Assembly: GCF_044704955.1 (NCBI RefSeq)
Contig: NC_091981.1
Location: 287,432,001-287,496,000, forward strand
Source of the DNA: Pristiophorus japonicus
Taxonomy: Eukaryota
Length of the DNA stretch: 64,000 bases
Direction of reading: 5' to 3'
Below the pieces are notes generated by a model that worked only from the letters and a program-made list of their open reading frames with translations, was not told the DNA's origin and did no database searches. The translations under genes and the position numbers were made by a program. Shown one piece after another: positions 13,424-25,461 of this stretch (within the stretch, counting starts at the first letter, position 1; each line of letters opens with the position of its first letter).

Positions 13424-14435
13424 CATCATCATCATCATCATCATCATAGACAGTCCCTCGGAATTGAGGAACACTTGCTGCCACTCCTGAAGTGAGTTCT
13501 TTGGTGGCTGAACAGTCCAATACGAGAGCCACAGACTCTGTCACAGGTGGGACAGACATTCGCCGAGGGAAGGGGTGGGTGGGACTGGTTTGCCGCACGC
13601 TCCTTCTGCTGCCTGCGCTTGACCTCTTCACGCTCTCTGTGTTGCGGTTCGAAGAGCTCAACGCCCTCCCGGATGCACTTTCTCCACCGAGGGCAGTCTT
13701 CGGCTAGGCACTCCCAGGTGTCAGTGGTGATGTCACACTTTATCAGGGAGGCTTTAAGGGTGTCCTTGTAACGTTTCCGCTGCCCACCTTTGGCTCATTT
13801 GCCATGAAGGAGCTCCACATAGAGCATTTGCTTGGGGAGTCTTGTGTCTGGCATGTGAATTATTTGGTCTGCCCAGCGAAGTGTGGTCAGTGCTTCAATG
13901 CTGGGGATGTTAGCCTGGACGAGGACATTGATGTTGGTACGCTTGTCCTCCCAGGGGATTTGCAGGATCTTGCGGAGACATCGTTGGTGATACATCTCCA
14001 GCGACTTGGTGTCTTCTGTACATCGTCCATGCCTCTGATCCATACAAGAGGGCGGGTATTACTACAGCCCTGTAGATCATGAGCTTGGTGGTAGATTTGA
14101 GGGCCTGGTCTTCGAATACTCTTTTCCTCAGGCGGCCGAAGGCTGCACTGGCGCACTGGAGGCGGTGTTGAATCTCCGCATCAATGTCTGCTTTTCTTGA
14201 CAAGAGGTTCCTGAAGGAAAGGAAATGGTCCACGTTGTCGAGGGCTACGCCATGAATCTTGATGACGGGGGCAGTGCTGTGCGGCGAGGACAGGCTGGTG
14301 GAGGACCTTTGTCTTACGGATGTTAAGCGTAAGGCCCATTGTTTTCATATGCCTCGGTGAATACATCAACTCTATCCTGGAGTTCAGCCTCAGAATGTGA
14401 GCAGACGCAGGCATCGTCCGCGTACTGTAGCTCAA
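13424..14435 (-). mobile_element. RTE-clade LINE 3' fragment
   Basis: IQHRLQCASAAFGRLRKRVF, LLYGSEAW, YHQRCLRKILQI motifs; (CAT)n tail at 13424-13447. Confidence 0.92.
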
Positions 14436-14656
14436 CAACAGACAACCAGATGGCTTGAAAATGCCGTCACTTGAAGAATGAAGAGGAGCTTACAAGAGAA
14501 CAGCTTACACGGGAGCTGCTCTTCATTTGGGCATTCTCCATACACTGCTGGCGACTGACCAAGTAGACGAGGAGGACGGAAACGCGGATTAAGTGACCGG
14601 GACAGACATGATAAAGTGATCATTACCCATTAATGCCACACTGCTGGTATACCCTA

Positions 14657-15449
14657 ATAAGAACATAAGAAATAGGAACCAGGAGTAGGCCATACATCCC
14701 CTCGAGCCTGCTCCGCCATTCATCATCATCATCATAGGTGGTCCCTTGAATGAGGATGACTTGCTTCCATAAGAGTTCACAGATGTTTCAATGAAGGACC
14801 CGATTTTCCAGTCCTGAACTCCAATTGAAGGGTGGAAGATGCCTGTGGATTTTTTTAACGTGTGGTGACCGTTGCACATCAGCCACCACACGGGCTTGAC
14901 AGAGCTAGGCCTTTATCCAGTGGCAAAGGTTAAACAGGACGACTGGAGACCTGCTCTGCTGCACGGACCTAGAGTGCATGCATATCGCAGTGTGGGCTGG
15001 TCGGTGCTGCCCCTGGGCCCTCGGCTCTTCTGGGCCCCGTACCCTCACCATGGCTGATCTGATCATGGACTCAGCTCCACTTCCCCGCCCGCTCCCCATA
15101 ACCCCGTATCCCCTTGTCGTTTAAGAAACTGTCTATTTCTGTCTTAAATGTATTCAATGTCCCAGCTTCCACAGCTCTCTGGGGCAGAGAATTCCACAGA
15201 TTTACAACCCTCAGAGAAGAAATTTTTCCTCATCTCTGTTTTAAATGGGCGGCCCCTTATTCTAAGATCATGCCCTCTAGTTCTAGTTTCCCCGATCAGT
15301 GGAAACATCCTCTCTGCATCCACCTTGTCAAGCCCCCTCATAATCTTATACATTTCGTTAAGATCACCTCTCATTCTTCTGAATTCCAATGAGTAGAGGC
15401 CCAACCTACTCAACCTTTCCTCATAAGTCAACCTCCTCATCCCCGGCAT
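14657..15449 (-). mobile_element. CR1 3' fragment interrupted by an RTE-derived SINE
   Basis: ORF 15144-15449 is a CR1 C-terminus; the tail is split at ~14718/15046. Confidence 0.88.
14718..15045 (-). mobile_element. Internally deleted RTE-derived SINE
   Basis: (CAT)n RTE tail joined to a 5'UTR-like block shared with 34389-34888, 35772-35983 and 44895-45183. Confidence 0.8.
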
Positions 15450-16000
15450 TCCATCTCAACAGCCAGGCCACCAATCAGAAGTTAGCAAGATGGTCTAGTT
15501 TACTGTTTGGATCTGGTGCTGGCGCCTGTGAATAACACTCACGTTGATCAATTTGTCCTGGGAGCCGGAGAGACCCTTGCAGGGTCCGCCCTTCTCACCC
15601 CGAGTACTAGTTGGTCAGTGTCCAACAGTGTGTGGAGAACGTTGGAATGAAAAATAAAGATTCCCTAAAAATAAAATGTAGGCTTGTCTTTAATCTTTAA
15701 ATGACTCCTGTGAGCTTCTGAAGCCAGACCGACAATATTCAATACCAGGGTGTATGAGAAGCATGGTTTGTGAGGCAAGTAAAAGCTTAACCAGAACCAC
15801 CATCTGTAGCATCCTGGAGATCAGGCAAACCTGAGCAACAGAATCTAGAAATTAAAGAACGAAAGGCTGTCCAGCCTCCACCCTGGCTGCCTGAGGTCCT
15901 CGTAGTGGGTGGTGTGTGGGGTCAGGTTCACCTCTGACCTTCTGAGCGGTTCGAATCGCTTCCACTCCCTGGGTTCTAGACTTTGGATTTATTTGGGAGA

Positions 16001-17700
16001 TGTGTCAAAGTGCAAGAGACAACTGGTTTGGTGCAAAGAACTTCGATTTTATTAAGGACAGGAAAATACAATATCAAACTTGTAATCATTCAAATAAAGA
16101 AGACTATATCACACATTCAAAGGGGTTACAGAAATAATACACCTCCCACCAATGCCTAACTCTGACTAGGTTAAACTCCAGGGCAAACAGGGACTATGCT
16201 CACCAATCCTTTATTGTCAGTTGGCGGTGGTTTGCGATTTCAGGGTTCGCTGAACTCTGCAGGTTCTGCTTGCCGTTCCCTGAACGTCGTAGAGGACTTC
16301 TCACTGCGTAGTCTTCAGTTGGGTGGTGTCCGCTGATGCGGTCGGGCGCGTATTGAACTTATGGGGTGAGTACCCACTTTCTTTCGTTAGCAATAGGTTT
16401 CAAAAGTCTCTTTAGATAATGCTTCACCTGTTGGTAGTCAGGACTAGATTGTAGGACTAGTGGAAACTTTCGAATCTACGGTTTCTTCTTTGAGGAGTTT
16501 GGTTTCGGAGTTGGTCGATCGCGGTGATTTCGATGGTACCACGTTGGCTGCGGTCGGTTGCTGCCGCGATGGTGATGTCCGAGTTCTGGAGCCACTTTCT
16601 CTGCCGTGGTGATGTTTTTCATTCCTTCTCAACAGCAGGGCAGCGTGGCCCCGAGAGTGTCGTCGAAGCTGGAGAAGCTTGTTAAAACTGTTGCAGTGGT
16701 CTCTCTCTCCTCCCTTCTTGATGCTCTATGATGCTATGCATCTGATGCTATATCTCGTTTAAAACATGGCCCCATTTATACTTTTGGAGCTGTTCTAATT
16801 TTTGCGTCAAATCAGCTCTGATTCTTTGTTTAATTTTTGGCGGGCTTGATATTTCTTTGTCATATTTTGGCGGGTTCATTATCGTTAAAAGATCGACACA
16901 TCCGAGACAGGTTAAGTCTGTTTCTTGATGGGGAAAAATTAGCTTTGGTATTTGCAATGTCTGCCTAGGCCTGGGTTTTCCATGCGGTTCATTATGTATA
17001 TGCTGGGTTGGTTTCTTGCTCACAGTGATGGCTGGTTATCTCTGGGTTGATTGTTGCTATGTTAATGTCTCCTGGGGAGAAGAGTTTTCGAGTTTACACA
17101 ATTCCCCAGACAATTTGTTTTAGCTTCAATAGCCCAGACAGTTTCAATACTCAAAACTGGTTTATTTTAAAGTTCTTAGCCCTTCCCACACGGACCCAAT
17201 CTGCCTTGTAAAATCCCAAATTCGATTAAATCTCGTAGTTTCTTTCATGTGCGCTTTAGGATCTCAAACTTTCTGGTAGATAGTTCCAAATTAAATTTCC
17301 TTTCCAATGAGTCCAAACACTGAGGGGGGGGGGCTTCCCACGAATTTTGCAACTCTACATCCTCGAGCAGATTGGTGATTATCCAGTGATACGAGCAAGT
17401 CGAGCGATCTGGTAACCCCCCCAAAGTCCTGAAGAAATTCTGGACTACGTCAATGTGGATCATCCACTTGTTCGGGTGAACCAACGAGCAGCTGAATGTG
17501 CCCACTGTAGTATTGTCCACCCCGGCATAATGTGGCAGCAAGAGTGTCACCCTGTCGTTCAAGCATCAATGGGAAGCAACACCTCAACTTGTCAGAGGGA
17601 TCCAGGAGGGAGTCCCACACTGGACATACCAGACTATTGTCATACTGTCAGTCTGTAGACATGCTGACTTACCCCGCACCCAGTCTGAAAGTGTATAATA
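16001..17700 (-). mobile_element. Unclassified long LTR-like segment (possible ERV LTR)
   Basis: Minus strand has TATAAA near 16775, AATAAA near 16050 and ends ...gacaca at 16001; no LINE similarity; far boundary and TSD not resolved. Confidence 0.35.
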
Positions 17701-17714
17701 TCCTATTATACCAT

Positions 17715-18270
17715 TCACTCTTCATCTAATTATCAGCATAACCCTCTATTCTCTTGTCCCTCATGCTTATCTTGCCCCTCATGCTTATCTTGCCTCAACT
17801 ACTCCCTGTGGTAGCGAGTTCCACATTCTCACCACTCTCTGGGTAAAGAAGTTTCTTCTGAATTCCCTATTGAATTGTAAATCTTCTCTGCACCCTCTCC
17901 GGTGCCTCTATATCCTTTCTATAATATGGCGACCAGAACTTTACGCAATACTCCAAGTGTGGTCTAACCAAGTTTCGATACAAGTTTAGTATAACTTCAC
18001 TTCTTTTCAATTCTATCCCTCTAGAAATAAACCCTGGTGCTTGGTTTGCTTTATTAAATGCCCTTGTTAACCTATCGCCACTTTGTGATTTGTGCATTTG
18101 TACTCTGAGATCCCTTTGTTCCTCTACCCCACCCAGACTCACAGCCTCCAAGTAATAAGTGACCTCCCTATTCTTCCTACCAAAATGTAATACCTCACAT
18201 TTAGCTGTGTTGAAATTGATTTGCCAAGTATATGTTCATTCTGCAAGTTTATTAATGTCCTCTTGTAGGA
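17715..18270 (-). mobile_element. CR1 fragment(s)
   Basis: ORF 17867-18151 with PHLEYCVKFWSPYYRKDI. Confidence 0.85.
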
Positions 18271-18471
18271 CCACTACAGCAACAGCCTGAGGCCTTTGCA
18301 AAACCCGAGTAAAGACCCACCCCCAACTGAAGGGACTTCTGGAACCCACAGTTTCAGACTAGGTTAACCTTGTGTTAAATACATGAAAAAGCCTAGGTTA
18401 CAATGACTTGATGCACTAGAATGCAATAACAGGCTTCCATGTTATGACCCAGAGAACAGGTGTATGTGTGA

Positions 18472-20468
18472 TAGAAACATAGAAACATAGAAAATAGGTG
18501 CAGGAGTAGGCCATTCGTCCCTTCAGGCCTGCACCACCATTCAATAAGATCATGGCTGATCATTCCCTCAGTAGCCCTTTCCTGCTTTCTCTCCATACCC
18601 CTTGATCACCCTAGCCGGAAGGGCCATATCTAACTCCCTCTTGAATATATCCAATGAACTGACATCAACAACTCTCTGCGGCAGGGAATTCCACAGGTTA
18701 ACAACTCTCTGAGTGAAGAAGTTTCTCCTCATCTCAGTCCTAAATGGCCTACCCCTTATCCTAAGACTGCGTCCCCTGCTTCTGGACTTCCCCAACAATG
18801 GGAACATTCTTCCTTGTCCAACATCTAACTTGTCCAGTCCCGTCAGAATCTTATATGTTTTTGTGAGATCCCTCTCATCCTTCTAAACTCCAGTGTATAA
18901 AGGCCGAGTTGATCCAGTCTCTTCTCATATGTCAGTCCAGCCATCCTGGGAATCAGTCTGGTGAACCTTCGCTGCAGTCCCTCAATAGCAAGAATGTCCT
19001 TCCTCAGATTAGGAGACCAAAACTGAACACAATATTCCAGGTGAGGCCTCACCAAGGCCCTGTACAACTGCAGTAAGACCTCCCTGCTCCTATACTCAAA
19101 TCCCCTAGCTATGAAGGCCTGCTGTATCTGCATGCCAACTTTCAATGACTGATGAACCATGACACCCAGGTCTCGTTGCACCTCCCCTTTTCCTAATCTG
19201 TCGCCATTCAGACAATATTCTGCCTTCGTGTTTTTGCCCCAAAAGTGGATAACCTCACATTTATCCACATTATACTGCATCTGCCATGCATTTGCCCACT
19301 CATCTAACCTGTCCAAGTTACCCTGCAGCCTCTTAGCCTCCTCCTCACAGCTCACACCGCCACCCAGTTTAGTGTCATCTGCAAACTTGGAGATATTACA
19401 CTCAATTCTTTCGTCTAAATCATTAATGTATATTGTAAAGAGCTGGGGTCCCAGCACTGAGCCCTGCGACACTCCATTAGTCACTGTCTGCCATTCTGAA
19501 AAGGACTCGTTTATCCCGACTCTCTGCTTCCTGCCTGCCAACCAGTTCTCTATCCACGTCAGTACGTTATCCCCAATACCATGTGTTTTGATTTTGCACA
19601 CCAATCTCTTGTGTGGGACCTTGTCAAAAGCCTTTTGAAAGTCCAAATACACCACATCCACTGGTTCTCCCTTGTCCACTCTACTAGTTACATCCTTAAA
19701 AAATTCCAGAAGATTTGTCAAGCAAGATTTCCCTTTCATAAATCCATGCTGACTTGGACCGATCCCGTCACTGCTTTCCAGACGCGCTGCTATTTCATCC
19801 TTAATAATTGATTCCAACATTTTCCTCACTACTGATATCAGGCTAACTGGTCTATAATTTTCTCTCTCCCTCCCTTTTTAAAAAATGGTGTTACATTAGT
19901 TACCCTCCAGTCCATAGGAACTGATCCAGAGTTGATAGACTGTTGGAAAATGATCACCAATGCATCCACCATTTCTTGGGCCAGTTCCTTAAGTACTCAG
20001 GGATGCAGACTATCGGGCCTCGGGGATTTATCGGCCTTCAATCCCATCAATTTCCCTAACACAATTTCCCGCCTAATAAGGACATCCTTCAGTTCCTCCT
20101 TCTCACTAGACCCTTGGTCCCCTAGTACTTCCGGAAGGCTATTTGTTCTTCCTTCATGAAGACAGAGCCAAAGTACTTGTTCAATTGGTCTGCCATTTCT
20201 TTGTTCCCCATTATAAATTCACCTGAATCCGACTGCAAGAGACCTACGTTTGTCTTTACTAATCTTTTTCTCTTCACATATCTATAGAAGCTTGAGCAGT
20301 CAGTTTTTATGTTCCCAGCAAGCTTCTTCTCGTACTCTATTTTCCCCCTCTTAATTAAGCCCTTTGTCCTCCTCTGCTGAATTCTAAATTTCTCCCAGTC
20401 CTCAGGTTTGCTGCTTTTTCTGGCCAATTTATATGCCTCTTCTTTAGATTTAGCACTATACTTAATTT
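18472..20468 (-). mobile_element. CR1 LINE, ~2 kb 3' portion
   Basis: ORF 18843-19829 has the RT core including KFADDTKL; tail atagaaacatagaaacatagaaaatagg. Confidence 0.95.
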
Positions 20469-20809
20469 CCAGTGGGCAGTGGAGAGATTGTTTGCCTTTT
20501 ACCAATGATGTTAAGTAATTGTATACATTACAGCAACAGTCGGCCATTCAGCCCCTTGAGCTTGCTCCACGATTTAATTGGATCATGGCTGATCTGTACG
20601 TCAACTCCAATTACCCCGCTTTGATCCATATCCTTGATCAACTCAGGAACATAAGAGTGGGCCATTCAACCCCTCGAGCCTCTTCCACCATTCAGTCAGA
20701 CCATATTTAGGGTCTATCAAGGACATTACCATAGATAGATCTTATTTACTCTATCAAAACCCTTCACGATTAGAAACAACTCTATCAAATCTCTTAACTG
20801 TTGGTCTAC

Positions 20810-21190
20810 AACTGCACTTACCAACTCAAAACTGACCAACCTTTCACCCTCTTTTAACAATTACATTTCTGCAGCCACCTTTGATGTCCTAGTCCCTATT
20901 AAAAAGATTACTCTCTCCCACGCTGGCCGTTACCCCTGGTACAGCCCTCAACTTTGCTCCCTCAAGTTCAAGGGACGTAGACTTGAACGGATATGGCAGA
21001 CAACTGGTTTAGCCATTCACCGCCAGATCTAGCTCGAACACATATATCATTATCGGTTCCTACTCTTGTTTACAAAAACTGCTCACTATTCCAGTGATCA
21101 TTCTGGATTGCAAAAGTAACCCCCGGAAACTATTCTCTACTGCTAACCGTCTCCTTAAACCCCTCTCCCCTGTCTCCACCACACTCACCT
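20810..21190 (+). mobile_element. L2-type LINE fragment
   Basis: Translates to TFDVLVPIKKITLSH...PWYSPQLCSLKFKGRRLERIWQTTGLAIHRQI with stops. Confidence 0.65.
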
Positions 21191-21354
21191 TACAGCAAGT
21201 GATCATCAGGCAGAATGTATTTCCAGATGGCAGCAAAGGGAAATTCCTGGTGTAAGTTACCAATACTGTGATTGGGAAAACCAACACTTCTTTTTGTAAA
21301 ATGAGCCAGACAGCCTCCCCCGCCCAACCTTCCCTTTCCACGCTCAAAAAATAC

Positions 21355-21530
21355 CTGCAATTCTTTTGATGGTGGCGGTGTTAAAGATGTTGAAGTAATG
21401 GGCACCGTAGAGTTTGCCGGGAGCTCGGTCAGACGCTTCTTAACCATCTCCTCCCGTTTGGAAACATTCTTTGTCACAGAGCTCTCTGCTTCCTGATGCT
21501 GCTGGCAGTGTCTGTCGCCTGAAAGTCCAC
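21355..21530 (-). other. Candidate exon of an unidentified minus-strand transcript
   Basis: Acceptor tttatgtttttgacccaag, donor CAG|gtattt; one open frame GLSGDRHCQQHQEAESSVTKN...PPPSKELQ. Confidence 0.4.
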
Positions 21531-21685
21531 CTTGGGTCAAAAACATAAACACTCGCAGTTACACAGAGCGCCGTCAGGTCGAAACATCTCAACGCTCTTC
21601 GGGCAACAAGTTACTTTTTGGAACGTGATAGGGAGACCAAGCACGATTGGGAAGGCAAATATCAACGCAAGAGGTCAGACACTTG

Positions 21686-22452
21686 AGTGGAGAAATTTGC
21701 CTGGTTTGCGACTGCCGTTAGCGCCTCCAGGGGGAGGGGGGCGCTAATGAGGCGAGAACCATTCTTGCCGGGGGTGGGGGGGATGGGGGACACGACCAAC
21801 TCTGGCGAAATAGCCCAGGAGTTAGCAAAGGAGCAAAACTGGTAGCATACCCCGCTCCCGCCGGTAGCGCTCCGGACTGCTGTGCCTCCGGCGATGACGT
21901 CATCGGCATGTGCAGCGGCCCGGTTTCGCCCCGCGGTGGATATTGGGCAGCACCCCCTGAGGCCGCCGCGGGCAATGCCAGTGCCATCCTCGCGGGTCGT
22001 GAACCAGACCGCACTCCGCTCGCGGGTTCGAAATTTAACGGGGAGGTGCGTGGCGCCATCTCGATTTTTTCCGGCCGACTTACCGGTCTAGCCTTTTGTG
22101 GTATTTTTTGCGGCGTCCGTGTCACTATGGTGCAGCAGGCTGCAGACACGGCACCCTGCATCCCCGGTCGCCCCCACTGCTGCGCTCGTCGCCTTTAATA
22201 GAAGGGGAGGCTCTGTGATCGCCTCAGCGCCTTGAAGAGAGGCCGCATAGCGCTCGACATTCCCGAGGTTAGTGCCCCAGACCCGCCCCCGAGAAGGGAT
22301 GGGTCACCCGACATTGTGCTCCACTTCCTCTCGGGGACGGTAACCCCAATTTCGGTCGCGGGGCAGGACTTCCACGCCGGGCGAAGGGAGTTCCACCTCG
22401 CCACAGGCGGTACGCAATTGCTGCCCGTTGAATTCTACCTGTTGAATTCTAC
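21686..22452. mobile_element. GC-rich non-autonomous DNA-transposon-like element
   Basis: Termini ggagaaattt... and ...gaattctacc form an imperfect inverted pair; CpG-rich with no credible ORF. Confidence 0.45.
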
Positions 22453-22468
22453 ATCGAAAAGAACACAC

Positions 22469-22555
22469 CTGAAGGAAGCCCGTGAGGACATGCTGTGCCT
22501 TCTCCACAGCGGTTACATAAGCCACTGCCTGGTCATTGGTTATGATGAACAGAGC
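22469..22555 (-). other. Candidate exon of an unidentified minus-strand transcript
   Basis: Strong pyrimidine acceptor ctctctcttcccacccctcag, donor CAG|gtgtgt; 87 nt open as ALFIITNDQAVAYVTAVEKAQHVLTGFLQ. Confidence 0.45.
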
Positions 22556-23149
22556 CTGAGGGGTGGGAAGAGAGAGTCTGGGGAGGGGGGCTCGGGGGGG
22601 AAAGAGAAAGACGGAGCCTGGGGCCGGGGCGGGGGGGGAGGGGAGAGAGAGAGAGAAAGAGAGAGACACAGGGAGTGGGGGGGGGGGGGAATTGGAGGGA
22701 AAAGCGGGAACTCAGGGAAGAAGGATCACGTTCTTCCAACCCACTTTACACCCATGCCCGATTTCTCGGAAAGCTCAGTGAATGTGTTGCAAGGGACAAG
22801 TGTTGGAGTGGATGAAATCCAAAAGTCACGACACTGTCACTATTCACTTCACACCCAATAAACCTGTTAACAATCTGCACACAATGCCACATCTATGGCG
22901 GGCGGTGGAGGGGGGGGGGGGGGGGCACTTGAACTGGGGCAAGACCCACCGGCTGGCGGAGGTAGCACGCACTGGGATAACGGACTTCGGCTGAAACTTG
23001 GTGGCTTTTGCTGGGTTGTTCGCGATCTGTTCTCTCTGGCTTCCAAAGTCAGAATGGATCAAATTAAAATTTGCAAAGTCAGTCACAAGTTGGGCTGGGA
23101 GGTTCCAGTTACATGTTCCAGAGAAACTTTAGGGTGTGGCTTATCCTCC

Positions 23150-23370
23150 AAGGGGACCAATCAGCAATAAGTCATATGATAAAGAAGAACCAATCAGAGA
23201 TACAGCGGCCATTTTGTTAGTACAAATAAGCGCATCAAAATAAATATGGTCGCAACTCGTGGCAACGACCAGAAGCGTTCTGCGCATGTGCACTTTCAGT
23301 TCTTTTACGAACTTAAAAGTGCAGATGTTGGCCAGGACTGAACAGCCGCCTCCATCTTGTTTTGCCTGCA
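23150..23370 (-). promoter_or_regulatory. Housekeeping-type promoter candidate
   Basis: Two CCAAT boxes (ccaatcag), YY1-like gcggccattttg and aagatggaggcgg, NRF1-like tgcgcatgtgca. Confidence 0.5.
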
Positions 23371-23384
23371 GCCAGGGAGACACG

Positions 23385-24615
23385 GGAGGAGGGTGGCGGG
23401 TGGGGGGGGGGGGAGTGGCGAGGGAGGGAGGGAAGAGAGAGAGAGGAGGGGAATGAGAGGGAGTGGAGAGAGAGATAGGGGGTGAAGAGAGAGATGGAGG
23501 GGGGGAGAGAGAGAGATGGGGGAAGAGAGAGAGATGGATGGAGGAGAAAGAGAGATGGAGGGCAGGGGGGGAGAGAGAGAGCTGGGGATGGAGATGGAGA
23601 TGGAGGGGGGAATAGAGAGATGGGGAGGAATGAGAGAGAGAACTGGGGGGGGAGGGAGAGAGAACTGGGGGGGAGGGAGAGAGAGATGGGGGGGTGGGGA
23701 GGGAGAGATTGGGAGAGAGAGATGGGGGAAGAGAGAGATTGGGGGAAAGAGAGATGGGGGGGGGAGAGAGATGGGGTAGGGAGAGCGATGGGGGAGGGAG
23801 AGAGAGAGATGGGGGGGAGAGAGAGATGGGGAGAGAGAGAGAGATGGGGGGAGGGAGAGAGAGATGGGGCAGGAAGAGAGAGATGGGGGAGAAAGAGAGA
23901 GATGGGGGGAGAGAGAGAGATGGGGAGAGGGAGAGAGAGATGGGGAGAGAGAGATGGGAGGGGAGAGAGATGGGGGGAAGAGAGTGAGATGGGGGGAAGA
24001 GAGTGAGATGGGGGAAGAGAGTGAGAGAGGTGGTGGGNNNNNNNNNNNNNNNNNNNNNNNNNNNNNNNNNNNNNNNNNNNNNNNNNNNNNNNNNNNNNNN
24101 NNNNNNNNNNNNNNNNNNNNNNNNNNNNNNNNNNNNNNNNNNNNNNNNNNNNNNNNNNNNNNNNNNNNNNNNNNNNNNNNNNNNNNNNNNNNNNNNNNNN
24201 NNNNNNNNNNNNNNNNNNNNNNNNNNNNNNNNNNNNNNNNNNNNNNNNNNNNNNNNNNNNNNNNNNNNNNNNNNNNNNNNNNNNNNNNNNNNNNNNNNNN
24301 NNNNNNNNNNNNNNNNNNNNNNNNNNNNNNNNNNNNNNNNNNNNNNNNNNNNNNNNNNNNNNNNNGAGATGGAGGGGGGAGAGAGAGATGGGGGAGAGAG
24401 GGGGAGAGATGAGGAGAGAGAGGGGGAGAGAGAGAGATGAGGGAGAGAGAGATGGGGGGGAGAGAGAGAGATGGGGGGGAGAGAGAGAGATGGAGGGGGA
24501 GAAAGAGAGATGGAGGGGGGGAGAGAGATGGGGGGAAGAGATAGAGATATGGGGGGGAAGAGAGATTTGGGGGGGAAGAGAGAGAGAGATGTTGGGGCAG
24601 GTGAGGGGGGGAGAG
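23385..24615. repeat. GA-rich low-complexity repeat spanning an assembly gap
   Basis: (gagagagatggggg)n-like purine tract; Ns at 24038-24365. Confidence 0.95.
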
Positions 24616-24664
24616 ACACGTTGTCGCTCTCTCTCTCCCCGCCCCCTCCTGTCGTCTTCCGGCT

Positions 24665-25461
24665 GTCGCCGTATTTACTGAGGTGTACGAAATCATGGGC
24701 CTTACGCTAAACATCCGTAAGACAAAGGTCCTCCACTAGCCTGTCCTCACCAAAAAGCATTGCCCCCCAGTCATCAAGATCCACGGCACGGCCCTGGACA
24801 CCGTGGACCACTTCCCATATCTCGGGAGCCTCCTATCAACAAGAGCAGGCATCGACGACGAGATCCAACACCGCCTCCAGTGTGCCAGTGCAGCCTTTGG
24901 TCGCCTGAGGAAAAAAGTGTTTGAAGACCAGGCCCTTCAAATTGCCACCAAGCTCATGGTTTACAGGGCTGTAGTAATACCTGCCCTCCTGTATGGCTCA
25001 GAGACATGGACCATGTACAATAGACACCTCAAGTTGCTGGAGAAATATCACCAAAGATGTCTCCGCAAGATCCTACAAATCCCTTGGGAGGACAGGCGCA
25101 CCAAAATCAGCGTCCTCACTCAGGCATCCCCAGCATTGAAGCACTGACCACACTCGATCAGCTCTGCTGGGCAGGCCAGACTCGAGTCTCCCAAAGCAAG
25201 TGCTCTACTCGGAGCTCCTTCATGGCAAACGAGCCAAAGGTGGGCAGCGAAACGCTACAAGGACACCCTCAAAGCCTCCCTGATAAAGTGCGACATCCCC
25301 ACTGACACCTGGGAGTCCCTGGCCCAAGATCACCCTAAGTGGAGGAAGTGCATCCGGGAGGGCACTGAGCACCTCGAGCCTCAACGCCGAGAGCATGCAG
25401 AAATCAAGCGCAGACAGCGGAATGAGCATGTGGTGAAACAGTCCCACTCACCCCTTCCCTC
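24665..25461 (+). mobile_element. RTE LINE 3' fragment, split by a Gypsy insertion and resuming at 29908-29957
   Basis: ORF 24803-25147 has RTE motifs; ...cccttccctc resumes as ctctcaacgactatc after the Gypsy element. Confidence 0.9.

Noticed and set aside
14476-14528. Hairpin aatgaagaggagct...agctgctcttcatt as a miRNA
   Set aside because: Stem of about 15 bp is short for a precursor and matches no family I recognise.
23141-24714. Long Pro/Ser/Leu and Gly/Glu/Arg ORFs
   Set aside because: Translation of a GA-rich repeat and an N gap.
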